This document shows positions 35,323 through 44,768 of a stretch of 64,000 nucleotides of DNA, piece by piece. Both the position numbers and the translations under genes were made by a program. Numbering within the stretch: position 1 is the stretch's first letter; the number at the start of each line of letters is the position of its first letter. The stretch is from Planctomycetota bacterium. GTDB taxonomy: Bacteria > Planctomycetota > UBA1135 > GCA-002686595. Below the pieces are notes generated by a model. It searched no databases, was not told the origin of the DNA, and was given only the letters and a program-made list of their open reading frames with translations. The stretch covers positions 1,272 through 65,271 of the forward strand of contig DASCMO010000144.1 of NCBI GenBank assembly GCA_036010965.1, given 5' to 3'.

Positions 35323-36432
35323 ATGGCGGACATGGAACGCGTGCTCGCGGCGGACGGCAGCGTCGTCGGGACGGTGCCCGATCTGTCCGACGAGCGCTTG
35401 CGCGAGCTCCTCGTGCACATGCTGCGCGTGCGATGCATCGATGAGCGCATGCTCAAGCTGCAGCGCTCTGGCCGGGTCGGCTTCGTAGGCTCGACCCTCG
35501 GCCTGGAAGCGGCCATGATCGGCTCGGCCGCACCCCTGCGGCCTGCGGACTGGCTCTGGTCGGGCCTGCGCGAGGGCGGCGCGGCGGTGATGCGGGGTCT
35601 GCCTCTCGATGAGTACGTCGCGCAGATGTTCTGCAACTCGAATGACACCGCCAAAGGCCGCCAGATGTGCAATCACTTCCAGCACAGGGGCAGCCATTAC
35701 CCGAGCTGGTCATCGGTCATCGGGACTCAGGTGACCCATGGCGTGGGGGCCGCCTACGCCGCCCGCCATCGAGGTCTCGACGAGGTCCACGCGATCTACT
35801 TCGGTGATGGAGCCTCCAGCTCGAATGGTTTCCACAGCGGACTCAACTTCGCGGGCGTCTGGGAGGCTCCCTGCGTGTTTGTCCTGGTCGACAACGGTTG
35901 GGCCATCTCGGTCTCGTCCAGCGCGCAGACCGCCGCCGAGTCCTACGCGGCCAAGGGCCGGGCCTACGGTGTCCCTGGCGTCGAGGTGGACGGTAACGAT
36001 GTGCTGGCCGCCCACGGAGCCATGCACGCGGCCCTGGAGACCGCCCGTGCCGGGGGAGGACCCACCCTCGTGGTGCTCAAGACCTACCGCATGCTCGGTC
36101 ACTCGAGCTCGGATGACCCGACTCGCTACCGCGATCCCGATGAGGTCGCCGTCTGGGCCGAACGAGACCCGATCGACCGCTACGAGGCCTTCCTGGTCGC
36201 CCGCGGCCTGCTGGCCGCGGGCGAGCGGGAGCGGTTGGGCGCCGAACTCCTGACCGAGCTCGACGCGGTGATCCGGGTCCAGCAAGCGGCCGCGCCGATG
36301 TCCACGCGCACGCTCGTCGAGGATGTCTATTCAGACATGCCCGAGCACCTGCGCCGGCAGTACAACGATTTCGCCAGGGTCCAGGAAGTCCACGGAGAGG
36401 CCCGCCCCGGCGAGGGCGCCTTCCCGCTCTAG
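35323..36432 (+). CDS. Second, orphan E1 alpha paralog of the 2-oxoacid dehydrogenase
   Basis: Trimmed to ATG 35323. Collinear with the first E1 alpha: GDGASSSNGFHSGLNFAGVWEAPCVFVLVDNGWAIS, YRMLGHSSSDDPTRY and the same ...G(E/D)G(A/E)FPL C-terminus. No second beta gene follows. Confidence 0.85.
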   Translation: MADMERVLAADGSVVGTVPDLSDERLRELLVHMLRVRCIDERMLKLQRSGRVGFVGSTLGLEAAMIGSAAPLRPADWLWSGLREGGAAVMRGLPLDEYVAQMFCNSNDTAKGRQMCNHFQHRGSHYPSWSSVIGTQVTHGVGAAYAARHRGLDEVHAIYFGDGASSSNGFHSGLNFAGVWEAPCVFVLVDNGWAISVSSSAQTAAESYAAKGRAYGVPGVEVDGNDVLAAHGAMHAALETARAGGGPTLVVLKTYRMLGHSSSDDPTRYRDPDEVAVWAERDPIDRYEAFLVARGLLAAGERERLGAELLTELDAVIRVQQAAAPMSTRTLVEDVYSDMPEHLRRQYNDFARVQEVHGEARPGEGAFPL

Positions 36433-36435
36433 GAG

Positions 36436-36552
36436 CCCGTTGAATCACGCCCTACCACGACTTCGCCCTCTCCGTCGCTGCTGCGTCGGAATCATCACCC
36501 ATTGTGCCCCGACGACGAGGTATTCGTCTCATCACGGGCGTTCTTCAACGGG
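36436..36552 (+). repeat. Structured intergenic repeat element, copy B
   Basis: CCCGTTGAA-tc-ACGCCC (36436-36452) pairs perfectly with GGGCGT-tc-TTCAACGGG (36536-36552). The interior is homologous to copy A. It lies 4 nt after the E1 alpha-prime stop and 20 nt before the lpdA ATG. Confidence 0.7.
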
Positions 36553-36571
36553 TTGCTGACACCATCCAACC

Positions 36572-37975
36572 ATGAGTTCATCCCGAAGAGTGATCGTCAT
36601 CGGAGCCGGCCCCGCCGGCTACGTTTGTGCCATCCGTCTCGCCCAGCTCGGCCAGGAGGTGACGGTCGTCGAGCGCGAGGCACTCGGGGGTACCTGCTTG
36701 AACGTGGGCTGCATCCCATCCAAGGCGATGATCGCCGCCGGTGTCCTGATGGACAGGGTTTCACGCGCCTCGGCCATGGGAATCACCGTGGAGAGCCTGA
36801 AGCTCGATCTGAAGCGCCTGGTGGACTGGAAGCGCGGCATCGTCGAGCGCTTGACCGGCGGCGTGGGGGGCCTGCTCGAGCAAAACGGTGCCTCAGTCGT
36901 GATGGGCGAGGCGACGCTGCTCGACGCGCACAGCGTGCGCGTGAAGAGCGGCGACGGCGAGCGGACCCTGGAGGCCGACGACATCGTCATCGCGACCGGG
37001 TCGGTTCCGATCGAGATCCCGGGCTTCGCCTTCGACGAGGACAAGGTCTGGTCCTCGACCGGTGCCCTGACCCCCGAGCGCATTCCCGAGCATCTCGTCG
37101 TGATCGGCGGTGGGTACATCGGCCTCGAGCTGGGGATCATGTACCGCATGCTCGGGAGCCGGGTGACGGTGATCGAGGCCACCGAGAGCGCCTTGCCCGG
37201 TCAGGATGCCGATTGCGTCAAGGTCATCGAGCGCTCCATCAAGAAGCGCAAGATCAAGCTCCTGTGCTCGACCTTCGCTCGCGGCTACGAGGAGTCCGGC
37301 GACCAGCTCGGCGTCCGCATCGAGGGTCCGAAAGGCGAGAGTGTCCTGGAGTGCGACCAGATCCTCTCCACCGTGGGGCGGCGCCCCTACAGCGATGGCC
37401 TCGGGCTCGAGGCCGCTGGCCTCGCGACGGACGCGGGCGGCTTCCTGTCCGTGGACGAGCGCATGCGCACCTCCGTCTCGAACATCTACGCCATCGGCGA
37501 CATCGCGGGCCAACCGATGCTGGCGCACAAGGGCAGCAAGGAAGGTCAGGTCGCCGCGGCTGTCATCGCTGGGAAGGCTGAGGTCTACGACGCGCGCTGT
37601 GTCCCGGCAGTGATCTTCACCGCCCCCGAGATGGCCTCGGTGGGGCTGACGGAGGAGCAGTGCAAGGAGCGGGGCATCGAGTTCCGCACCGGACGCTTCC
37701 CCTTCGCCGCCTCTGGGCGCGCGATGAGCCTGATGGAGGCAGAGGGCTTCGTGAAGATCCTGGCCGACGCCGAGACCGACGAGGTGCTGGGGGTGCACAT
37801 GGTGGGACCCGAGGTGACCGAGTTGATCGCCGAGGCGACTCTGGCGATCGAGATGGGCGCAACTGCCGAGGACATCGCGCGCACGATCCACGCCCATCCC
37901 ACCCTGCCGGAGGCGATGATGGAGGCGGCCGAGGCCGTGCACGGAATGGCCGTCCATATCTTCGAGCGACGGTGA
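36572..37975 (+). CDS. lpdA: Dihydrolipoyl dehydrogenase (E3)
   Basis: VIGAGPAGY, the redox disulfide GGTCLNVGCIPSK, and C-terminal HAHPTLPE. Confidence 0.95.
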   Translation: MSSSRRVIVIGAGPAGYVCAIRLAQLGQEVTVVEREALGGTCLNVGCIPSKAMIAAGVLMDRVSRASAMGITVESLKLDLKRLVDWKRGIVERLTGGVGGLLEQNGASVVMGEATLLDAHSVRVKSGDGERTLEADDIVIATGSVPIEIPGFAFDEDKVWSSTGALTPERIPEHLVVIGGGYIGLELGIMYRMLGSRVTVIEATESALPGQDADCVKVIERSIKKRKIKLLCSTFARGYEESGDQLGVRIEGPKGESVLECDQILSTVGRRPYSDGLGLEAAGLATDAGGFLSVDERMRTSVSNIYAIGDIAGQPMLAHKGSKEGQVAAAVIAGKAEVYDARCVPAVIFTAPEMASVGLTEEQCKERGIEFRTGRFPFAASGRAMSLMEAEGFVKILADAETDEVLGVHMVGPEVTELIAEATLAIEMGATAEDIARTIHAHPTLPEAMMEAAEAVHGMAVHIFERR

Positions 37976-38682
37976 GCGACGCGGCGAGAACGCTCGATGT
38001 GCGCCGGCTCGGCCGCACCCGCTACGAGGATGTCCATCGTCTGCAGGGAGAGCTCGTGGAACAGCGCATCGCCGGCGAGGTCGGGGACGTCCTGATCCTG
38101 ACGGAGCACGAGCCGGTGGTCACGGTCGGTCGTGGGAGCGGAGCGGCCGACGTCGCCGGCGTCGCATTGCCGGTGTTCGAGATCGAGCGCGGCGGGGAAG
38201 CCACCTACCACGGGCCTGGGCAGGTGGTCGCCTACCCGATCCTGGCCCTGGCTGAAGGGCGCCGTGACCTGCACCGCTACCTGCGGGATCTTGAGGAAGT
38301 CGCGCTCAGAGTCCTGGCGGAGTTCGGCCTCGAGGGGGTGCGCCGTCCGGGCCTGACCGGGGTCTGGATCGGTGCCAGAAAGGTCTGCTCTATCGGCGTC
38401 TCCGTCCGTCGCTGGGTCACCTGGCACGGCCTCGCCATCAACGTCCACACCGACCTCTCCGCCTTCGGCGAGTTTCGACCGTGCGGTCTCGATCCGGAAG
38501 TGATGACTCGCCTGTCGGACCACGCCGAGATCCCCGAGGGGACCCTGCTGGTCGAGGTACTCGTGATCCGTCACCTGTGCGACGTCTTCGACCTTGACTT
38601 GCCCGATACGCGCCCGGCGTCGGGCGCGGCCCCGGGCGGTCCCTCCCCCTCCAGCGATCTGCCGCTGTATCCGGGGTCGTAG
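37972..38682 (+). CDS. lipB: Octanoyltransferase (lipoyl(octanoyl) transferase)
   Basis: Track ORF 37660..38682 trimmed to GTG 37972, which overlaps the lpdA stop as GTGA. Motifs LTEHEPVVTVGR, ERGGEATYHGPGQ, KVCSIGV and HGLAINV. Confidence 0.9.
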   Translation: MSDAARTLDVRRLGRTRYEDVHRLQGELVEQRIAGEVGDVLILTEHEPVVTVGRGSGAADVAGVALPVFEIERGGEATYHGPGQVVAYPILALAEGRRDLHRYLRDLEEVALRVLAEFGLEGVRRPGLTGVWIGARKVCSIGVSVRRWVTWHGLAINVHTDLSAFGEFRPCGLDPEVMTRLSDHAEIPEGTLLVEVLVIRHLCDVFDLDLPDTRPASGAAPGGPSPSSDLPLYPGS

Positions 38683-38853
38683 GCCTTTGTACCGCTGAAA
38701 TACGGTCACGAAGGGGCTTGAATGGCCCCAGAAGGGGTTTCTTGGGTCCCGCATCCGTCCTGATGTCCTCTTTCGGCATCAGTTCACCGACCCCCGTTCC
38801 CGATCTACACAGCGCGGGAGGGCGGCGCGCCCAGTCCCGGCTCTGACCTCGCG

Positions 38854-40848
38854 ATGATCCAACGCCGCTTCCAAGAGTTCCGGATGTCAGGAAAGCTCCC
38901 GGCGCCCTGCGGCGCCGGAGTGCGCCTGCTGGAATTGATGGGCGACCAGGGTGCGGCTTCGAAGGAGATCGTGCGGGCCATCGAGACCGATGCCGTCCTG
39001 ACCCGCCGCCTGCTCAAGCTGGTCGATGCGACCCGACCGCAGGGGTGCGATCCGATCCAGACCCTGACCGAGGCCGTGCGCGCCCTCGGCCCTGGCACCG
39101 TCCGCAATGTAGGCCTGGCCTTCTCGCTGATCTCCGCCTCCAGCCGCGGCATCTGGCGTGGCTTCGACTACGACCGCTACTGGTCTCGTGCCCTGGCGCG
39201 AGCCGTGGCGTGTTCCGCTATCAGCCGACACGTCGCCATCGGTATCCCCGCGGAGGGTTTCGTCCTGGGAGTGCTGGCGGAAGTGGGCCGGCTCGCGCTC
39301 GCCCGCGTCCACCCCGAGGCCTACCTGGAACTCATCTCCGCCCATCGCTCGGCATCGGCACGCGAGATCGTCGACGCAGAGCGCTCCCGTTTCGACATCG
39401 ACCACACCGAGCTGGCCGAGTGCTTGCTCAGGGATTGGGGCCTCTCACCCGAACTCGTCCAGGCAGTCAAGGAGTTCGAGTTCACCGACATCACTGTCGA
39501 TGAAGGGGCATTGGAAGACATGGTGCAGGCCCTCGGCGCAGCGGACATCGTGGCGCGCGTACGCGTACACGAGGAAGACTCGACGCTGGAGAACTGGGAG
39601 CTGCAGGCGCGCAAGGTGGTTGGCTTGAAGGCCCGCCTGGGTTGCGATGACCAGGCATTCACAGCCTTCTGCGATGACATCGTCGCAGGCTGGCACGAGT
39701 GGGGCGAGGAGCTGGGGATGAACACCCACCCGGCCGTCGGATTCGAGGGCAGGGCGGTAGGGCACCCCGCGCCAGGCGGATCCCTCCGCGTGGGTGGGGC
39801 CGGTCTGGGGGCGTTGTCCGAACCGCTCGCGTCTCCGCCGGCGCAAGTGGACGGTGACGCGAGCGAGCCGTTGGCTCCTCTACAGGTACTCGCCGTCGAC
39901 GATGACTCCGCCAGCCTGAGCTTGGTGGAGGAAAGTCTGCGCCGGCGCGGCTACGAGGTGCGTCTGGCCACCGACGGAGAGGCCGCCTTGAGCGCCGTCA
40001 TCGCGGCGCCACCGCAGATAGTGGTCTGCGACTGGCAGATGCCCGGGATGAACGGCCTCGATCTCTGCCGTGCCCTACGCCAGCTGGACGGAGGAGCGGA
40101 GATCTACTTCGTGCTCGTCACGGGTCACGACGCGCAGGCAACCATCGTCGAGGCCTTCGACGCCGGCGTGGATGACTACATCCAGAAGCCCTTCGATCCG
40201 CAGGTCCTCCTGGCTCGTATCAAGGGCGGGCGGCGCGTCATCGAACTTCAGCGACAGTTCGAGTGCGATCAACGCACGATCCACCGGCAGGTCTCGGAAC
40301 TGCAGTTGTTGACCCGCCGGCTGCGCTCGGCGGCATTGACCGACACTCTGACGGGCCTTCCGAACCGGCGCTTCGCCATGCGGCGCCTGCAGCAGGCATG
40401 GGAGTCGTCGAGCCGGACCGGCCAGCCGCTCTCGATCGTGATGGTCGATATCGACGAGTTCAAGCGCATCAACGATGTGTACGGCCACGCGGCCGGCGAC
40501 ATTGCTCTGCGTCAGACTTCCGAAGTGCTCCGATCGGTGCTCTCCGCGGAAGAGGACGTCTGCCGCCTGAGCGGCGACGAGCTGCTCGTCATCTGTCCTG
40601 GCAGCGACACGGCAGCGACGGCGCGCGTGGCCGAACGCCTGCGCAAGGCCGTCGGGGAGCAGACCTTCTCCTGGGGCGAGGCGAGCTGTCGCATCACCCT
40701 GAGCCTGGGCGTCGCGTCACGCTTCCCCTGGATGGAGTCGAGCGACGCCTTCCTTGAGGCCGCGGATGAGGCGGTCTACGCGGCGAAGAAGGGTGGCCGG
40801 AACCGGGTCAGCTGCGCCTCGGAGACGCCGTCGTCTTTCACTGCCTGA
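38854..40848 (+). CDS. HDOD - receiver (REC) - GGDEF-domain signalling protein with a variant SGDEL site
   Basis: N-terminal HDOD-like segment (LPAPCGAGVRLLELM...DHTELAECLLRDWGL). REC segment (VLAVDDD...VVCDWQMPGMNGLDL...IQKPF). GGDEF domain (LTGLPNRR, VDIDEFKRINDVYGHAAGD, RLSGDELLVI). Confidence 0.88.
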   Translation: MIQRRFQEFRMSGKLPAPCGAGVRLLELMGDQGAASKEIVRAIETDAVLTRRLLKLVDATRPQGCDPIQTLTEAVRALGPGTVRNVGLAFSLISASSRGIWRGFDYDRYWSRALARAVACSAISRHVAIGIPAEGFVLGVLAEVGRLALARVHPEAYLELISAHRSASAREIVDAERSRFDIDHTELAECLLRDWGLSPELVQAVKEFEFTDITVDEGALEDMVQALGAADIVARVRVHEEDSTLENWELQARKVVGLKARLGCDDQAFTAFCDDIVAGWHEWGEELGMNTHPAVGFEGRAVGHPAPGGSLRVGGAGLGALSEPLASPPAQVDGDASEPLAPLQVLAVDDDSASLSLVEESLRRRGYEVRLATDGEAALSAVIAAPPQIVVCDWQMPGMNGLDLCRALRQLDGGAEIYFVLVTGHDAQATIVEAFDAGVDDYIQKPFDPQVLLARIKGGRRVIELQRQFECDQRTIHRQVSELQLLTRRLRSAALTDTLTGLPNRRFAMRRLQQAWESSSRTGQPLSIVMVDIDEFKRINDVYGHAAGDIALRQTSEVLRSVLSAEEDVCRLSGDELLVICPGSDTAATARVAERLRKAVGEQTFSWGEASCRITLSLGVASRFPWMESSDAFLEAADEAVYAAKKGGRNRVSCASETPSSFTA

Positions 40849-40874
40849 AGCGGATCCGGCTTCAGCTCGGCGGT

Positions 40875-42890
40875 TCACTCCAGGAAGAACGGACTCGACC
40901 AGGCCAGACCGCCATCGATCTGGAGCACCCGTAGGTAGAGGTACTCGCCAGGTTCGAGGTCTTCGACGTAGGTGACGGACCGAATGTCCTCACGATCCCC
41001 GACCAGCGTGCGCTCGACGAGCGAACCGCTGCGGACGAGATCGATGTGCTCGATGGTGCTCGTCGCGGAGATGCGCAGATTCAGGCGTGCGCGATCGGGC
41101 AAGTCGGCGGTACGCACCCTCGCGCCCATCTCGTGGCCGCCGAGGGCAACGTCCAGCAGAATGCGCGGGCCGCTGGTGGCGTAGGTTCGTCGCGCGCGCA
41201 AGGCCGAGAGCAAGCTGGAGCGGGAGAGGTCGTCGGCGCGGATCGCCGCCAGCCCACCGTTTCCGAGACGAGCCCCTCGCTCGTCGCCGGGACGCGCCGC
41301 CTGGTAGCCGTAGAAAGGTGAGAGGTGCGCCAACCCAGGGTGTCCGTCGTGACCGTCGCTGCTGCCCACGAAGCCGAGGGTGTATCCCATGTCGAGTGCG
41401 TCGCGAACGGAGTTGCCGGGCAGGAACGAGTAGATGCGCGAAGGGGAGTCGGCGGCCTCGCTACTGCCGTGGACGCTCATGACCTCGGTCACCGGCTCCA
41501 GCACGGGATCGGGGGCGACCGACCAGTCCGTGGCCACCGGTCCGCCGGCGGAGTGGTGGGCGAAGGTCAGCGCGGAGTGACCCCGGAGGGCGTCCCAGAG
41601 TTCGCCGGGCGTGTCGAAGCGCTCGTCGAGGGAACTCAGCACCTCGCCGTCCTCCTCGAAGTACAGCACGTGCCGGTGGCCGTGGATCCAGCTCGTCCAC
41701 TCGTAGGCCAGGAGTGTCACGAACCGGCCCGGTTCGTGAAACGCGTCGACCTGCTCTCCAATCTCCTCCCACATTTCGGGGCGCTGGTCGAGGAAGTGCA
41801 TCATGCCGTAGTGGTCGTGGTCGGTGAGGGCAACCACATCCAGCGCAGCCACGTCCCGGGCGTAGCTAAAGTAGTCCTCGGGCAAGCCTGTTCCGTCGGA
41901 GAGGTTGGAGTGGCCGTGCAGGTCTCCCCAGAAGATCGGAGCGACCTGTTCTTCTACCCAGAGCGGATTGGTGCGGGCTTCCACGGCGAGGCCATCGCCT
42001 TCGAAGGACGCCGTGACGCGCCAGGTACCAGGGCCGGGGGCGTCGAGTTCAAGGGTGCGGCAGCCGCCGTCGCCGGCGGCCAGCTCCACGCGGTCGGGGA
42101 GCACTAACCCCTCAGGTGTGGAGCGCAGGGTCACGGTGCCGGCCATCTCGCATCCACGGCTCCCAGCGCCGTCGAGCAGGGCGAGGGTCAGGCGCACGGG
42201 CGCGCCAGGCCGCGCCGTGGCGGTGATGTGGGCGGTGAGCATGGCCGCCTGAGCGGGGAGGACGTCGATCGTCGGGCAGTCCTCGGCGCGCTCCCGGATC
42301 CCGTCGCCATCGCCGTCTACGGCGAACAGGAAAAGGGAGCCGCGCTCGGCGTACTGGTCGGGAATCGCCTGGGCGGCGCCGGCGCCGTAGACCAGCTCGA
42401 TGCGCTCGCCCGCTTCCAGGGCCCGGCCGAGGACCTCGATCTGCATCAGGGTCCGCTGCAGGGTGCGCGGCGCAAGTTCGACCCCCTCGGCGTCGCTGCC
42501 CACGGTGGTGTAGCCTGGCATCTGCTCGCGTGTCGATTGGGGCGTGCTCCAGCCCCAGAAAGGAGGCACCTGAAAGTAGAGCGCCCCGCCGACCTGTATT
42601 CCGAGCGGGCCGACCTCGAAGGTGAAGGTCCAGCGTCCCGGGCGGCCGACCTGTGCGTGGCCGTCTTCGCCCTCCTCGACCACCAGCCAGGCGCGTCCAC
42701 CGCCGTCGGAGGGGTGGCGCTCGGCGGCCAGGTCGGCCCGCAACTCCGCGAGCACCGCGGGCTTGGCGGTCGGGGGCAATCCGTCCGCCGAGGACGGCGC
42801 CTGTCCCGTTTGCGGCGCATCGGAGCGTGAGCAGGAGAGCAGAAGGAGCAGGGCGAAGCCGGCGGCGGGGCGTGTGTGGGTCAACTTCAT
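40875..42890 (-). CDS. DUF3604-like PHP-type metallo-phosphoesterase lipoprotein
   Basis: Lipobox LLLLSC. FWGDLHGHSNLSDG, LTDHDHY, AYEWTS, FAHHS and GSSDGHDGHPG match the PHP/DUF3604 pattern. Confidence 0.7.
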   Translation of the reverse strand: MKLTHTRPAAGFALLLLLSCSRSDAPQTGQAPSSADGLPPTAKPAVLAELRADLAAERHPSDGGGRAWLVVEEGEDGHAQVGRPGRWTFTFEVGPLGIQVGGALYFQVPPFWGWSTPQSTREQMPGYTTVGSDAEGVELAPRTLQRTLMQIEVLGRALEAGERIELVYGAGAAQAIPDQYAERGSLFLFAVDGDGDGIRERAEDCPTIDVLPAQAAMLTAHITATARPGAPVRLTLALLDGAGSRGCEMAGTVTLRSTPEGLVLPDRVELAAGDGGCRTLELDAPGPGTWRVTASFEGDGLAVEARTNPLWVEEQVAPIFWGDLHGHSNLSDGTGLPEDYFSYARDVAALDVVALTDHDHYGMMHFLDQRPEMWEEIGEQVDAFHEPGRFVTLLAYEWTSWIHGHRHVLYFEEDGEVLSSLDERFDTPGELWDALRGHSALTFAHHSAGGPVATDWSVAPDPVLEPVTEVMSVHGSSEAADSPSRIYSFLPGNSVRDALDMGYTLGFVGSSDGHDGHPGLAHLSPFYGYQAARPGDERGARLGNGGLAAIRADDLSRSSLLSALRARRTYATSGPRILLDVALGGHEMGARVRTADLPDRARLNLRISATSTIEHIDLVRSGSLVERTLVGDREDIRSVTYVEDLEPGEYLYLRVLQIDGGLAWSSPFFLE

Positions 42891-43067
42891 CGAGGATCAG
42901 GCAGGGTAGGCGGCGCGAGACCGCACAGCCAGCCCGTGTCTCGCGGGGGGGCATCCGAGGCGCTGCGAACACCCACGATTCACAGAGCCCTTCCCTGCTG
43001 GCGGTGGATTACGGGGGCCTGAAATCCGCCTCATGAATGGAGAGGCCCAGCGGGTAGACTCCCGCCC

Positions 43068-44732
43068 GTGCCCACCGACATCGAGATTGCGCGTGCGAAG
43101 ACCCTCCTGCCCGTCGGCGAGATCGCCCAGAAGATCGGCCTCGGCGAGGACGATCTGGTGCCCTACGGCCGCACCATGGCCAAGGTCCGGGTCGAGGCCG
43201 TCGCGGACCGGGAGATCAGTGGCAAGCTGATCCTCGTCTCGGCGGTGACGCCCACGCCCGCGGGCGAGGGCAAGACGACCGTCACCGTGGGCCTCGGCCA
43301 GGCTCTGGGCAAGCTAGGGCTGAAGGGTGCGATCTCCATCCGCGAACCCTCCCTGGGGCCGTGCATGGGGATGAAGGGCGGAGCGACCGGCGGCGGCCAT
43401 GCGCAGGTCCTCCCGATGGAGGACATCAACCTTCACTTCACGGGCGACCTGCACGCGATCACCGCTGCGAACAACCTCCTCGCGGCCCTCGTCGACAACC
43501 AGATGTACTTCCGCCACGATCCACCGCTCGATCCCCGGCGGGTCACCTGGCGACGGGTGCTCGACATGAACGATCGCCCGCTTCGCAACGCGGTGATCGG
43601 AATGGGCGGGCCCACTTCCGGCGTCCCCCGTGAGACCGGGTTTGACATCACCGCCGCGTCGGAGGTCATGGCCGTGCTCTGCCTGGCCGAGGATCTCGCG
43701 GATCTCGAGGCGCGCCTTGGACGCATGATCGTCGGCTACGGTTACGACAACTCTCCCGTGACGGCCGCCGACCTGGGCGCGACGGGGGCGATGGTCGCCC
43801 TTCTGAAGGACGCGGTGAAGCCCAACCTCGTGCAGACACTCGACGAGACGCCTGCCTTCGTCCACGGCGGCCCCTTCGCGAACATCGCCCACGGCACCAG
43901 CAGCGTCATCGCCGCCAAGACCGCTCTGCGCCTGGCAGACTATGTCATCACCGAGGCAGGCTTCGGTTTCGATCTCGGAGCGGCGAAGTTCTTCGACATC
44001 ATGTGCCGCCAGTCCGGGCTGCAGCCGTCGTGCGTGATCCTCGTGGCGACGATTCGGGCCCTCAAGATGCACGGCGGAGTGCCGCTCTCCGAGCTCGACC
44101 GGCCCGACCCCGACGCGGTGCGCCGGGGGCTTCCCAACCTGGAGAAGCACCTCGAGACCAATGAGTTCTTCGGCGTGCCCGAACTCGTGACGGTGAACAA
44201 GTTCACCGGTGACACGGAGGAGGAGATAGCGGTCGTGCTGGACCGCTGCGCTGCGCTCGGCTACGAGGCCGCCGTGGCCGATGTCTGGAGCCGAGGGGGA
44301 GAGGGCGGTGTGGAGGCGGCGCGCAAGATGGTCGAGATCGCCGATGCCTTCGACGGGGAGTTCACTCACCTCTACGAGCTCGAGGAGAGCATCGAGGAGA
44401 AGATTCGCAAGGTGAGCGAGAAGGTCTACGGCGCCCACGCGATCGACCTCACCGCGCGGGCGAAGAAGGACATCGCGCGCATCGAGAGTCTCGGCCTCGC
44501 GACGCTCCCGATCTGTATCGCCAAGACACAACAATCGCTCAGCGACAACCCAAAATTACTCGGACGGCCGAAGGACTTCGTGGTCACCGTGCGAGAGATC
44601 GCCGTGAGCGCCGGAGCGGGCTTCCTGGTCCCGATCACAGGCGACATCATGCGCATGCCGGGGCTCCCGCGCCGTCCCGCCGCTCTGGACATCGGCCTCG
44701 ACGCTGCAGGCGAGGTGCGCGGGCTGGCCTGA
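43068..44732 (+). CDS. fhs: Formate-tetrahydrofolate ligase
   Basis: GTG start. MPTDIEIA..., the P-loop TPTPAGEGKTT, GGPFANIAHG and ICIAKTQQSLSD. Confidence 0.95.
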   Translation: MPTDIEIARAKTLLPVGEIAQKIGLGEDDLVPYGRTMAKVRVEAVADREISGKLILVSAVTPTPAGEGKTTVTVGLGQALGKLGLKGAISIREPSLGPCMGMKGGATGGGHAQVLPMEDINLHFTGDLHAITAANNLLAALVDNQMYFRHDPPLDPRRVTWRRVLDMNDRPLRNAVIGMGGPTSGVPRETGFDITAASEVMAVLCLAEDLADLEARLGRMIVGYGYDNSPVTAADLGATGAMVALLKDAVKPNLVQTLDETPAFVHGGPFANIAHGTSSVIAAKTALRLADYVITEAGFGFDLGAAKFFDIMCRQSGLQPSCVILVATIRALKMHGGVPLSELDRPDPDAVRRGLPNLEKHLETNEFFGVPELVTVNKFTGDTEEEIAVVLDRCAALGYEAAVADVWSRGGEGGVEAARKMVEIADAFDGEFTHLYELEESIEEKIRKVSEKVYGAHAIDLTARAKKDIARIESLGLATLPICIAKTQQSLSDNPKLLGRPKDFVVTVREIAVSAGAGFLVPITGDIMRMPGLPRRPAALDIGLDAAGEVRGLA

Positions 44733-44768
44733 GCAGGAAAGTCGTACCTGCCGGCGAGGACCGTTGGG

